DNA of 64,000 bases from Lineus longissimus (Eukaryota): contig NC_088308.1 in the NCBI RefSeq assembly GCF_910592395.1, forward strand, positions 1,426,001 through 1,490,000. Reading direction: 5' to 3'. The notes beneath the pieces are model-generated. The model was given only the letters and a program-made list of their open reading frames with translations, did no database searches and was not told the DNA's origin. Each line of letters starts with the position of its first letter. Position 1 is the stretch's first letter. Below are positions 1 to 14,121 of this stretch, in pieces. The translations under genes were made by a program, and so were the position numbers.

Positions 1-1309
1 ATGTTCATTTGACAGAGGACTGGTTCACCATTTTAATCCGCGCAACTGACGGATTACGACGGTACGTCACCACGTACTGGTGGCCATGGTACTAGTCTAA
101 TCTGAACCTGGATGGGTTTGCTCTAATCCGTCTAACCCGCATTGCCAGCAATAATGAAATCATCCCGAAATACCAGTACCATCGCTTCACACGGTCGACC
201 TTGAAAAGAAGGTCGTGGTCAGGATAAATTGTAGGCTATGACCATGCAGTATCGTTTATCGCACAAATGTGTGACCTTGACATTGATGTACTATAGTACG
301 TTACCATGTCCAAAGTATCTGAAAAGCATATCATCAAGAATTCATTAATACGAAACTTTATCAAGTCTTCATTTTACCATGATATTTGTTTGGATGCAGT
401 GGGACTACCTGTAGATGTGGTTAATGGATTTATCCACTAAAAGACCTCTTCTGCCTAAAATGGATATCCCCATATTTTCAAGTATCATCATTTTTATAAA
501 CATGATGTACGTTAAAGCCTGAAATGAAACGAAATGTATTAACGAAACACTCTTCGGGTCTCGCGAAAATCGATAGGAGCGGGGAGGCAAACCAGCTGGT
601 CCCGGTACACATTTGCCAGCAAATAGCTTTTGGAACATCATTTTCTCATTTAGGTGCGTTGTTTTTAGTTGAGGTCGGTGCATGCAACGGACGTACATAC
701 TTCAATACAACTATACAGGTTCCCGGGTCAAGGGTTTTACATTCCTTTACATCATGGCATAAAAATAATGTGTTCCCCTTATATCCTATAAGAAGAGGGA
801 TACGTCCTTACTTATTCCTGTTTATGTCTCAATAATGAAGCGTTTGCCTCCGATGAGAGAATTGTGACCATGATGGAGTGGTTAATTCTCTGTGAATAAT
901 TGAACGCGGTGGAACCGGTTTTTACGAAAGCACGAGAGAACGTAAACAATTTAATTTCCGATTCCTAATTGTTCCTCGTGGGCAAAATTGTCAAGCTGCA
1001 TGGATTCCACCTCTCCATCGACTACCAAGCACTGAACTGGTAAATGAAAAAAACAGTAAAGACAGTCGGTCAATGTTTATTCCTTACTTTCAGACGACTG
1101 TCAATAGTGATTCATAATGAGTAAGATGATTGGACATCTTATGGATCGATCGTCGGGTGTGTACCACATCGTTTCTATTCGGTGATGTGGATAGACCTGA
1201 AGATGCTTTTGAAAAATACATTTAGACTCAGTCTTTCTGTACAAAACTGAAATAAAAGCATTTACTAGACTTTCTATCACCCATTGGCTTGACTGGGCAA
1301 TGGCGGGCC

Positions 1310-1532
1310 AGGGCAATGCAATCTACATGATGATGGCTTCGAAATCGAATGCAAATTGAAAGCAGTTGATCGGACCATGACTCACCTAACACCAGCACTG
1401 ATTCAGATGATACTGGTCCAAACACATACAGTATATATGACTTTCTGAATCTTTGCTGGTGTTAGCAATGTCATGGTCAACTGCTTTTAATTGCATTATA
1501 TTCCGAATGTACCAAGTAGATATCATTGCCCT
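1310..1532. mobile_element. ~220-bp imperfect foldback (decayed MITE-like inverted repeat)
   Basis: Arms pair by eye: agggcaatg/cattgccct, aaagcagttga/tcaactgcttt, gaccatgac/gtcatggtc, ctaacaccagca/tgctggtgttag, attcaga/tctgaat, around a ~35-nt spacer. No clear TSD. Confidence 0.6.
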
Positions 1533-3056
1533 CACACTCGTCCCACCGGCAATCTGTACAAAGCTATATGACCATTAGCATCCTGTCTAGAAGTCAGTTT
1601 TTTATTTCTGTTCATTTCTGTTCTTTTTCGTCAGCATTACAGCAGCCGGCCAGCGGTTCAGAAAGCCATAACGTCTGTCACATAATTATATACTGCCACG
1701 AGTACAAAAATATGCCATTTATTTAATGTCTTATTGGCACATACTTCGTAGTTTTACATTTTTTACATCCGAACACAAAATTGCGAGTAACAAAACGTAT
1801 ACGTACATCTCATCTATTCCAGCTAAAAGAGTTTAATATATATAACATTTCGCGTTACCAACATTGCTTATAATTGAAAGCATTATCCGTTCTCATTCGT
1901 AGCAATGCTTAGCAACGATATAAAAATGAGTTCGTAATCATTTTAAGAGCAATGAAGTGTATTTGCGGGTGGCTCAACAACAAAACGCCATTAATTTGAT
2001 ATATTGCAAACAAACGAAAAGAAACCCACGTTAAACTACTGGCAACGGTTACTATGTGGCTTTGTGAGGTCATACGGGTTGGTCCATAGCGCTGTCCGGC
2101 AGAGAAACTAGGAGCCAATGATACTGATGGATGTTCAAATACTAAGGTTGACATTAAATGTGGCCCCAATTATCGATAAATGAAATAAAGCGACACAATC
2201 ATAGGATAGGTGTAACATGATTGCAATACCATGTACTTTCATCCCTTGGCCGGTTTTTGTGATCGATCTGTATTATATTTCCAATATTGTTGCTATAGTG
2301 AGGGCAAACGCTAATAGGAATCCGAACAGGTATTTCACGTGAGGGGGTTTCGCGGGTGATCGGTGGGCATGTTTTTTTTTATCAAGGGGTTGGCAATTTG
2401 TTTGCATGCCTACTTAATCTCTTCAGAGGACTCAATATCGGTTAATTGATACTCAACGTGTTTTGAAGAAGATTGGTCTCGTCACTGCGCAACTATTGGC
2501 AATTGGCAAAATAAGTTTTTTTTTCATATTAGAGGATAATCCGCGGTGCATGATGCGCAGTGAATTTGTCTTTCGATGTAATATTTACTACATAGTGAGC
2601 TCGCTTGCCAGATACAAGTACTAAACAGTTATGAATAATGAAACTGACTATAGCATGTTGGCATTCGCGTGACATCAACAGCTACTATATAGATATGTTG
2701 TTCAAAAATTTATGTTCTCGTTACTGCACTGGCGCTCTGAGTAATGGTTTCTTTCTGAGTAGGCAATGGAAGAGCTCTATCATTTCATCTATAAGATGCT
2801 CCGATGTCCCCATTAATGCCCCAAAACCAAGAAATACCATTTTCGTTAAACAATTACTTCCTCGCTTAAGTATTAAAGGACACCGGGATATTTGCCATTT
2901 TAAGACCTATTCATCCATCTATTCGAAATGCTAGGGTCTTCGTCACCGGGAGAGCCTGGAATATGCTATCATTTTGTTACAACCAAATTTCTGCTGGGGA
3001 TTCTGTTCCGACTTTATTTTTGATTGAAAATAGGAGAAAAAGTAACGAAATATTAC

Positions 3057-3354
3057 CTGGTATTGTGTCGCACGATCCCCACAGCCCTCCGTAATTCATA
3101 ACAGGGAAGGTCATTTTGATATAAGATCCGTTCTTCTCAACCGTCATGGAGACATTCAAGGCGATATATCCCTGGGCGTCGTCAACCACGAGCGACAGAA
3201 CTCTCGAGCTCGTGTCGAGTAGCTCCAATGCCTTCACGCTATCGTACTCCACAGTCCTCCAGCAGTTCCCATACAAGCTCGTCAGCAACAAGAGAAGGCA
3301 GACGACCCCCACCCCCATTGGCAGGTAGAACTGTAAGCCGGTCAATATAGACAT
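3057..3354 (-). CDS. Claudin/PMP22-superfamily membrane protein, first coding exon (downstream exons not identified)
   Basis: ATG at 3354 (MSILTGLQ). Hydrophobic TM1 (MGVGVVCLLLLLTSLYG) is followed by W and then GLWGSC, the W-GLW-C extracellular-loop signature. Acceptor ttcacag ends at 3442; donor CCAG|gtaata at 3056. Confidence 0.7.
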
Positions 3355-5040
3355 CTTTTCCTCCTCTTCCTCATCCTCCCCGCCTAACTCGGACCGCCGC
3401 AAGGACGGCTTAGACTCCACGATGAGGCCGAGCAGGGTTGCCTGTGAAGATGAAGAAAGAGATTACGTAACATTGCTGGCTCTCTCAAAGTTCTTACGCA
3501 AACAAAGATCTTACCTTACATGACTGGTTCTCTAAAAGTCTCCAAGATGACTAGATGGCTAGGAATCTTACCAAAATAATTCGATGCGGAAATAAACCAG
3601 TTAATGTATGATGGTGGGGAGCGGGTTTGCCAAATTGAAGCCCACATTTCGTTTTTCAGTTGCACATTCGGCATCCCTACACAACAGATAATGCCAAATA
3701 CACAAATCTCATGCGTCCTTCAGTAGGAGACAATTGAAACCACTGAAATCCTAGGAAGTTCATACATGTATTCCGAGTTGTAAGAGTTTTCCGAGATCGG
3801 AGAAAATTACGATTTTTCCTAGAAATTTCCGAGTTTTTCTGGAAAAGTCCGACCGGCATTTCTGGCAGAGTGTTTGGCAGCAGTGTACTCTGAGATGGTT
3901 CGTAATTCATGACAGATCTTAAACCTCATCGTATAACAATGTGTTTGGTGAGACTTCAAAGAAAAAACCCACTCAATGATGACTGAAGTGAATGCTGCTT
4001 ACGGTAATACTGGTAACCAAATTTGCAATCGCATCAAATATTGATGAGTGTTCTATCGATTTTGATTCACATAGTGTCCTAACGTTATGTAATTTCGACT
4101 ATAGTAGTTTTGCTCATTCCGTTAAGAGGAACATTATATTGTAGTCTTTCAAAATAATCATAGAATGTATGTCACTGAGATCAACCTGCGTCTAGTGGCC
4201 AGTCAAAAGCTATTTCTTTCTTTAGTTTCCATTTCTGCATTTCTCCTAGGAAAGAAATAACAAAAGCCTATCGCCCGCGCCTTGGTAATGGCAACTACAT
4301 GTATACGCTGCGTTGCGCAGGACATACTTTCCCAGCTGTATCAATAAAGACGTCGGCTCTGATGTTTTGACCTAACCGGAGAAAACAACTGAATAAATAA
4401 ACTCGGATTTTCCATTTCGTAGTGTAATTTTTGATAGTGCAGTAATTTTCAAAACATGACGAATATGGAGTATGCACATCAGTTGGTTCTCCTATTTCTG
4501 GGGCTAATGACGGATATCACATGGTGCGCATCAGTTTTGCTAAGGCGACCACAAAAAAATACCCTAATGCATCTCAGCACGCTATGTCAATATTCCCATA
4601 AGCTAATGTACGCTTTGTTTTGGATGGCTGGTTCATAGTGGATTGTTTCGGAGCGGGGTTTTTTTCGGTTTGATATGATTGCAAAAGTCACGTTTTTCTG
4701 TCTAAATGTACCTAATACATATAATTCATGCAATTATAGTTCATCGGTTAATGTTTTCCATGCTCCATTTGAGGCTGTCGAGTGCAAACTGTTGGATGGA
4801 ACTCTCTGAAGTTGTTTTTATTGATTCGCGACCAAACAGTATTTTTGAGGTCCGGATTTCGGTGCAGGACTAAATGATATACTCTTCAGCGAAGCCACCA
4901 TGGGGATACCCTGGTGGGCCATATATATTTTGTCTCTGGATATTTCTCATTGGTACTTGGCACAGGAATACTTGGACGGAACCTGAACATTTTATCAAAA
5001 TTGGTCTGAGAATGAAACGTAACCCATGTCCACTACGGCA

Positions 5041-5099
5041 ATGGAGGTGCATGGAGGTGCATGGAGGTGCATGGAGGTGCATGGAGGTGCATAGAGGTG
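5041..5099. repeat. 10-bp tandem repeat (atggaggtgc), 5 copies plus 1 variant
   Basis: Directly visible at 5041-5099. Confidence 0.95.
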
Positions 5100-6981
5100 A
5101 AAGGTGCAAACCTCTTGACTCGTATATACGTACGTAGCCCGCTCTTCGGAATTAGCCTTCTTATTCCGCTGACTGTTAATCGCAGTTGTCATTTCGCATG
5201 TGAAGGCGCATGATGAGCGATATCTTAAAACCAATAGCATCTCTTCATGCGCATGGTTGATATTTGCCGAAAAATGTAGTCAAAAAAACAAAAAATATCG
5301 ATAATAGGCCTACATGTAACTCCGTATTTGGTTGTCAACAGCGTCGGTCGACAACAGTACCACAATTACGACAGGAACACTATGCATGTACAATGTACAG
5401 GGTCGGAATGAATCACGTACTTAGTAGTATTATAGCCGATTTGATGGTAGAACGAAAGTCCAATGATAATAAAGTTACATTTGATGGTAAAATGAAAGCC
5501 CAATGATAAATTACATTTGTTGGTAAATGTGGAACCAAAAACGTGCCAACGTGAAAAATTGTTAGTGATATAATTAATTATACGTTACCTTCGATGGTAG
5601 AATGTAAGCTCTTTCGCGGAGTTCTATATCCGATTGCTTTTTTCTCTTAATTGTGTCTCCGAGAGAATACCGTCCCTCTAGAATGATTGCAGAATTGGTT
5701 GGACCATGCTCAGTGCAAAGTTATCCTCAAGGCGCGATACTGAACTGCACTTGAAGGAATGCATTATTCATAAAAGATGCCCTGACTTCTTCTGACATTA
5801 TCCCATTTAGGTTTTGACTTCTTCAGCGCACTAGTCCGGTGGTTGAACTCTCGGGTTCCGCACCAAATGGTCATTTTCAACGAAACTAAAAGCCATGTTC
5901 GGTATATGTCGTGTAAGTATAGATTGAATCCTTACTTGATACAACACTGGGGAGTACTTCAGATGGTCCTGCACACCTGCGAACACTATACAACTTCTCT
6001 CCCCAGAATTGGCACCAGCATCCATAGATTTAGAAGAGTAAAGTCACTGAGATCATTGTGGTCAGCACAAAACATGTACATTATATTATGTAGACAGTGA
6101 AATGTACTGAGTCCGTATCTGAATTCTAAGGACGATGTTTGATTAAAATGCTGAGGGCTGATAATGCTGGTTCTAATGGCAACTAGCGCCGTACGACATC
6201 AGCCTACAGAGTAAAGGATTATTGATCAGCACCGTACGTACCATGGCACCTACACAAGCCAACTCATTTAGGACTGACGAACAGACGCCGGTAATCGGCA
6301 TGATGTAGGATGGGCGGTGATCACAATGTGGCTTTCTTGCATATGAAAAGTCAGTAGTCGTCAATGATAGTTATTCCAGTTATCTTTGCATTTAGTATCA
6401 CATGTACATAGAAAAACTCAATGGAACGACATTATGTATCTTTCAAACGATTACTATTATTTACATTGATCTATACACACGGTATACAATTTCTACAAAT
6501 TTACATTTTTACAAATTACATACGTAACGCGAATTGACATCAACTGGTGAATTCACTTTTCAAGTTTTATCCGACATTGGTTTAACGGCAATGGTATCGT
6601 GTTACTTAAAGTTAAACCAAAATAATCACACAGCATTTTTGCGTATACTAAACATTAATTTTGATCAGGACTATTTGGTACTCAATTCTGTGATCAGAAA
6701 AACAGATGATTTTCGACAGAATTTTTTTCCGTAATAAATAATGACCAACCCTGAATATTCCTGTTCCAGCTATACTATTTCAAACTTAACAATTTTCTAA
6801 AAAATCTCTATCCCATATACAATTTGCACATAATGTATCAATGATGACGAGCAATGTCGCACCAGAAATAAACTGTCAACAGCAGCACAATGTCATTTTT
6901 TTCAGAAAATGTGTCCGATATTTCTGATAAAGTTTCAACGAGGCTAGTGTCTTTTTGCAACAAGTTCACAAAATCACTGAA

Positions 6982-9900
6982 TTATCTCCCGAAAAGCAGA
7001 TCAAGCGTTCCCCGGTCGAACTTCTTCTTTTTCTCTTCCGGATCTGGCTTCTTCACGACCTTGACCCCGGCTAGCGAACGTACCTCCTCCGCCGTCATAA
7101 CGTGCTCCTTCCCAGACTTCTCCAGGGCCTGTTGGTACTTCCGTTTAATCTCGAGCAGCTCGACAATATGGTCGTCATCACCTGAAGGAATTTCTTGTAC
7201 TACTTTCGATGCCTTTGACGTCTTCAACGATGTCTTATCTCGTTTTTCCTTCTTTGGTTTCTTGGCTTTTTTCGGTTTCCTCGATTTCGTTTTCCCCGAC
7301 TTTTTGTTGCGCGTGGACTTGTTTTCTTTGTCTTCAGATGTTTCCCTCTTGGCGGACTTTGTTGGAGTACCTGGAAGACATTAATAGAGAAATGATGAGT
7401 TATGGTTGAGGTCATCTCCTGAAAACAGGCATCTTCGTGACTGAGCTTCGTCCATCTCTGCAATATCTGACACCAGCCTAGTACCAAATTACCCAATCAC
7501 AGCGCTATTTTTGAGGAACTAGAGTGCCAAACATGCTGTTGATATGAAGCAACTATCATTCTACCATCCTTCTGACAGCAGTTGCTCATGTTAGTAAATG
7601 TTCCAAAAAACGAACTCAACTCGATTCTGATATACTGCTTCCGCTGAAATAGAACACTGCTGTCCTGAAGTGTATGGCTTACCTTTTATACACGCCGATG
7701 TTTTGGACAGCTTGATGATCTCTCCAACCGTTTCACAGGCTTTCTGGTATGCAACGATGACGTCACATTCGCAGTTGATGCTGCTGGGCTTACATCGGCA
7801 GACACGATCAAGGCAAGTTCTGGAATGACACAGTGAAGAAACAATGAGTAAATGGTAAGAATAACTAGACTTCATGAAGATCTAAATGGACATGGCTTTA
7901 AAGTACACTTTTGTCGTCAAAACTCATTGGAAGAGACAATGAGAGTGCGACGAAAGGCAGCAACGTGATATATAAACTCGTTGGCTGTTGAGTATGATTT
8001 AATCTGAAGTGAAACATTTAAAGATTAAAAAAAACATATGCTTACCTGTAATAGGGATCGACCTTGACCAGCTTTCGGCACTTCTTGAACTCGTCTTGCT
8101 TCAGAACCATACACCGGGCGTGCGCTTTGAGCCTCTCCTGGACGTTTCCGGTACACACTGTATTGTCCTTTGGTGCCATCCATCGGTCACACGAACACTT
8201 TCCACCAATACGCCACGTGCTGGCGAAGGCAGCTTCCTTCCCGTAAACATGGCCGTCACGTCCCGTCGTGTCGTCTGCTGAAAGCCCGTTAAAGTTCCCG
8301 CACAAACCACTCAACCTGTCCTCCCAGATCTTCGAGACGATCACTTGCACGTGTCCATCATTAGCGTAACGTATCTTCAAACCAGACATCATGATAAAGT
8401 CCACAGTCTCATTGTTCTTTGTGACACGGAATACGTCCTTGACCTCATACGGCAGCTGCACACGTGTTTTGTTGACCTTGACAACGAGTCCTCGCTCAAT
8501 AGAAACGGACAGCATGGCCGTTGAGTTGACCTTGACGTAGATTTGAACCCTTTTAGCACCAATCACATCCGGTGTAAAGTAACCATTTTGGAGTCGGACT
8601 ACGAACGTATTCTCTTCCGTATCTTTAGTGAGGAGGTACTTGCAGACTCCGTCGTATTTGAAATGGTGGTCGTCGAACGATTTGTAGGCGAGGGTCTTGG
8701 AGCCGGCTTGGGAGATGGTACAGACGGCCTCAGCATCAGCACAGCGTTGACAACATTCACCCATCTTCTGGACCAACACTTGATTCTGAAATACGAAGTA
8801 GCAAATTTAGCAACAACTCACATTTCCATACATTGCCTTCATAGTCAGCATCTCAGTGAAGAGTAATACTAGCTATGCTTCGACAGAAACGACCTGTCAC
8901 GAGGTAGCTCCATTGGATTGTGATTGGGACATTGTTGTCGTGATTGTGACTTTTGCCGTTGTAAGATTGTGACATAAACTATAACTTACGTTGGGACATT
9001 CGACTACGGGTTTGCATTGCTGGGAGTAACATATGACCTTCCCTCTGGTACAGGTACAGTTGGTGCAGGGGGACTGGCGCCATGTAAAGCCATGCTGGAA
9101 GGGAAAAGAACGGATTAGCCTATATGATACCCTTGAAGATAGAAATACAGATCAACTTATGGTCGGTCATTCATTAGGAATCACACATTTTTGCTGTTTT
9201 AAAGCAGAAGAATGTCTCTTGACAAAGTCAATCCTGTCTCCAAGAGCCTTGCATTGACAACATCACTACCTCGTCAGCGTACGGACCACGTAGCGATGCC
9301 AAGATGTCAAATCCATGCGTCTCAACCAATAGTCAGGCCTACCAAATCGTTGCATCCACATATACTCACCTCAACTACCCTCTCGTCCTTCAAGCAGGTA
9401 TTGACTTTCCTCGCATCTCTCTTACAGGAGGGACAGCAGCTTCCTTTCTCGTGGATCTGATCACCCTTCACGCAGTCCAAGACCGGGCAGGCATTGCGCT
9501 CACATAGAGAGGAGCCATCCTGGAAGAAAATAGCAAATTCGTGGTAACCAAATTCGAATTGAGACGATTTCGTTGCCGAAAATGAAGTTTGAGGTTGAAG
9601 ATAAGAGCATACAAGTGTCACCATTCCTACTCAGTGAATCTTCGTCGATCCCTCGATACATGTCCACGGCCATGTCGATTCATGTGCATGTTCACCATGC
9701 AACATTATTCAAGATCCGTCGTGAACAAAAGGTAATAGAAGGAGAACAATAGGAACGTCAGAGTGATTAGGAAAACTTAAACATCTGATTTTGGCGACTG
9801 AAGGCGGTATGGTCGTAACTTAGCTTTCGTACCGATCGCTTCATGACCAGCGTTGCTATTCTCCTCCAAACACCAAAGGAGATGAATATTCCAAACACAT

Positions 9901-12213
9901 CTGAGCTTTAACTTAATGATGGTGGAAATGAGACGAGAAATAGAAGTTTGCTCACCTTGCATTTGCAATGTGTACACTTGTCAGGCATGAAATCCTTCCC
10001 GCTGTCGTAACTGATACCACGGAACACACACGCGCCGTTCTTGGGGTAGAACACCTTCTCCGAACCTGCAGAAAAAAGATACTACATGACACTCTCTCAG
10101 TACGAAACTCATTAGACTTTACAACAGACCTTCAGAAACAAAATTTATAGAACTCCGTGTTCAAATGTTCAATTATCCTCTTGTTAGCAGTTGTTGTGTG
10201 TACCAAACACCATTATGATCTCATTGGTGTAATTAGCTTAATGCGTAGACGATTGGGCAAAACTGTTCCAAACTTTTGCAAGCTGGTCTGCGGTCTGAAA
10301 CCTCATGGGACACAAGTCCTTTTGATGCAGTACCGCATAGAAGAGGTAGAAAAGATGGGATTTTCAAAGTTTACCTTCGCAGTATGGACAACAGTTGAAT
10401 GGGTCGTTCACTATCATGGAGTGCGGGCAGTTCAAAATGGGACAAGCTGGTTTTGAGCAGGACAGTTTGCCACTCTGAAATATGCAAACACAAGATTATT
10501 AACAAAGTTTTTACATGTAAGGAAGGAATTGCCAATGGTGCTGATTGAGTACTACTAAGTATCATGTTGATACGAAGACAGCTTATTCAAAAGCGACATT
10601 ATTTCGTTTCTACACCTAGCACTGACAAAATTACATGAAATATCAAACTCACCACACAAGTACACGTAGCACAGGTATCTTCAGTAAGGCTGGCCGATTC
10701 TCCGTCTCGTACGAGCTTGCCATCGATGAAGCAGTCGCCTTTGATGGTGTTGGCAGTGGGACAGACGGGACAGCACATACCAGGGACCTTCACGGGATTC
10801 GGGCAGGTCTTACACTGCATGGTTGATTTAGTAACAACACCAGCCTGAAATAAGCAAATGAAGATGTAATTGATGAACAAAGGTTGTCAAGCGCCGTCTT
10901 GTGGAATTCGAATAAGAATAGGGTGACAAGTTCGAAAAGCAGTCTGAACAGGGAGGTCCTAAGATTTATCGAGTACGTTGCTTAAATCGAGTACGTCGCT
11001 TTTATATCACAAATGAGCAGGGCGGAATGAGTACTTACTTTACATTCCAAGTTGGTGCAGGAATCTTTAGGGTCTGTCCACGTCTCATTGTGCTTGTATT
11101 CGACGCCTTTATAAGTACATCCTGAAAAATATCGGTACCATGCAGCTCAAGTAATTGAAATAATTGAAAATTGAAATGATGGTTTTTTTCTTTCAGTAGA
11201 TTAATTAACAGTGGGGTCATTAACTTTGCTGACCCTTAAGAATTGAGAACACCGAGCTCGTCGTTGTGACATTTCAACTGAAATTCAATTATTCTGAGAC
11301 AGTCTGGAACATTTTGCTTACCTTTACATACGTCACAGCATGTATCCGCTGTCCGTTCAGACATCACCACGTGACACCCTTCCATGGTCGGACATTTGGG
11401 GTTGGAACACACGACTCGCTTGTTCTGAAGGTGAAAACAGAATGCACGGTGTAAGAACATGCAATAGATCTGAAGGCGATGAGATAGATATTCATATGAC
11501 ATTATACTTCACTTTTTAAGATGACGTACACAAGGAACATGGCACGTGGCACTTGTTAAATAACATATTTATCAATTTAACATTATTTTTTAAAGGACAT
11601 ATGACTCGCACTGTAGACCGGGACTGTAGACTAATGTTAGCCCGAGCTTGCAAATGACGCGCAGGGATGGCCGACGTTCGTCGGATATGCGAAAATAAGC
11701 GAAAAGAGGGAACATGCTAACCTTGCACTTGCATCGAATGCACGAGTCTGCGCGAAGAGGCCCAAAGATGGCCGAATCCATGTATTCACCTTCATTCTCG
11801 CATTTAACCGTCACACCTGGAACAGGAAGGAATATATATGAGAGAGGTTTAGAAGTCTCAAGTGAACTTGTGCATTTAGTGGGAATTTTCCGACAAATTA
11901 TTTCAAACCAACAACGTTCCAATTTATACCGTAATGAAGCTGACTTATTTCAGTATGCAATGGGACACGGCAATGCATAAAAAGCTTTTTCGTAAACGAA
12001 CCATGAAGCAATGGGAGCAGAAAGATCATGATTTTCGTCAAATATATCGGGACAATATATACATATAAAATGGAATCTGTGAAATTAAAAATTAAAATTC
12101 GGAATAAAATTGGTACAAAAATGACAAGTAATCTTACCTTTCACAAAGCCTTCAGAATAATCCAAAACGAGCACAAGTAGAATTGTCAAAAATAACATCC
12201 GAATAGAAGACAT
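6982..12213 (-). CDS. BMPER: BMP-binding endothelial regulator / crossveinless-2-like protein (signal peptide, 5 VWC, VWD, C8, basic tail; ~759 aa)
   Basis: Twelve exons with GT/AG ends and consistent phases: 12213-12138, 11816-11722, 11424-11322, 11121-11039, 10844-10653, 10474-10375, 10065-9956, 9519-9370, 9094-8990, 8785-8046, 7819-7683, 7370-6982 (2280 nt). Signal peptide MSSIRMLFLTILLVLVLDYSEG. CENEGE and GVVT...C...PGMCCP motifs as in BMPER; CCxxC VWC repeats; VWD with GLCGNFNG; C8 region (DPYYRTCL..CEC..AY..AC). Confidence 0.9.
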
Positions 12214-12305
12214 CGTAATGAATTAATAGTTCCTAGCACAATCTCAAAGTGATGTCAACTCGAAAAGAGCAATTTGGTTTCTGCCCAGACTTGCCCGAAA
12301 AAAGC

Positions 12306-12379
12306 TTATATACCCCCACTCCAGACATGAGGCCCTCAGTTTGGGTCCCATTGGCCCGCCCCTGTCCTCAAACGGCGCC
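12306..12379 (-). promoter_or_regulatory. Core promoter of the BMPER-like gene: TATA, CCAAT, GC box and a GGCGCC element
   Basis: Minus-strand TATATAA 12312-12306 (~95 bp upstream of the ATG), CCAAT 12354-12350, GGGCGGG 12361-12355, GGCGCC 12374-12379, in canonical order within a local GC-rich patch. Confidence 0.55.
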
Positions 12380-14121
12380 GACCACTCACGGCGTGGGCGC
12401 AACGTGAGCACAATTAACATCTTAACTCACCAGCTTGAGTAGAAGCAATCCCCGCCCATCAACGGAACAATGGCCGAGATGAGAAATATTAATGAGAGAC
12501 AATCAGTCCTTGATTGTAATTAGCTAATTAACGCTAATTAACTCCGTGATGCTGTTGTTTTGTCAACAAGCCTGGTGAGGTACGGGTAGTGAATGAAAAT
12601 CACCCGCCCTATTTCGAGCTACTCTTTCGAGAAGATTTGAGGTAATTTTGCAAAAAGGGTCTGAGTTTCGCTCAAGTCTTTAACCTCAACCGAGGTGATT
12701 CCGACGAAAAGAGGTGATTTTCGATCACTTTTTCTTTCTCTTACTATCAAAACAAATTGGTCACTGAGACGATTATGAAAGCAAGATATGAACTCTCATG
12801 GCTTTTATTTCTGAGTAGTATTTCTTTGTCATTCATGACCTACATATATTTATACACTATATATGAAGTATGAAAAGTATTGCCAATTGCTAAAACCATA
12901 CTGATTCGATTCTTCACCGGGCTTGTAGGCCTGTTTTACCAGGATTTTCAGGATTGGCAGTGGTAAACATCGGCATATCGAAGGTATATTGAGAAGCTGT
13001 TCGCAAAGTGTCAACACGCAAGAGAAAAAAAACTGGTTTCATTTAAACCCTACAAACATATAGGTTGGTATCACCGGTGACAGCAGAATGCCTATGAGTT
13101 GACTTGTCTTTGGCTTCTCCAAAACTCCTCATGTACATTAATTTCATATCAGTGTCTTCATGCAGATGCAACGCCCGGGAAGCATTTGGATGCAAAGCAT
13201 TTGCGACAAACGAGTGGCCGTACGTAATATTTTAGATAGTCTGAATATATACTAATTTATATTTTATTATTATTATTAATGGCAGCGTTTTCTTTGGAAT
13301 AATAGGTATCCGATTTACTCTAATCTAGCTTTATTTACTTTTGAGACATAAAGTATGAAACAATGAAGTCCTGGTGACTATGTTTTCTTTGTAATAACCA
13401 TGTCCTTTCTTCCACTAATCTCGATTTATTTTTTAACTACAAAAACTAATTCAGACGCCTACCTCCACGATTTGCCGAATTCACACAGTTTACAAAATAT
13501 TAATCCCAATTTTGCTTGCTTTTTCGATCTATTAGGGCCTACTATCCAAACAAACCAATTCGGAATTCTTCAAAGCCTTTTGTTTTAAGAACGCGAACGT
13601 TAAAAGTAAGCGTGGCCCAACAGGGTCAGAACCAGATTAGGTCTACTCAGAAAAAAGGCCTACGTCATACAGTAAAAGAAGTTACATGTAGGGAGTCATT
13701 CAAAATCAAATGGGTACAATTTTTGTGTCACCTGTCAAAAAGATCCACCTTTATCATAATTCCCATGGTCTATCACCTATGGCGTCACTTAGAGTCTAGC
13801 GGGTTCGGATGTCACTGTAGGCCTATTATATTCTTATAGCCAAGAACCGTTAAGCTGGCGAAGAGCTAGGCAGTACCATGGTCTATCACCTCGATATTAA
13901 GTTCCGTGCAAACATGGCGTTAGCGGGTCGGGATGTCATACTTCAAATCCGTTACATTTTGATCTGTCAGTTCAGTCTATCACTCAAGAAATGTCTGGAT
14001 TCACGCGCATGGCATTTAAAAGGCCTACGCAGTTCGTTAAATATTCTCAATTTGTAATTGAATTTAAAATCTCCAATTGCGAAATTACATACTAGATATT
14101 TAACATTGCCGTTGTGTAGAC

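Noticed and set aside
654..835. EVGACNGRTYFNT resembles an FkbM-type methyltransferase motif I
   Set aside because: The downstream GWxG/EP motifs are absent in all frames; probably chance.
6890..7384. 164-aa hydrophobic plus-strand ORF
   Set aside because: Antisense shadow of the Lys-rich last BMPER exon.
12374..12389. Full BMP-response element in the BMPER promoter
   Set aside because: GGCGCC is present but there is no GTCT at the 5-nt spacing on either strand.
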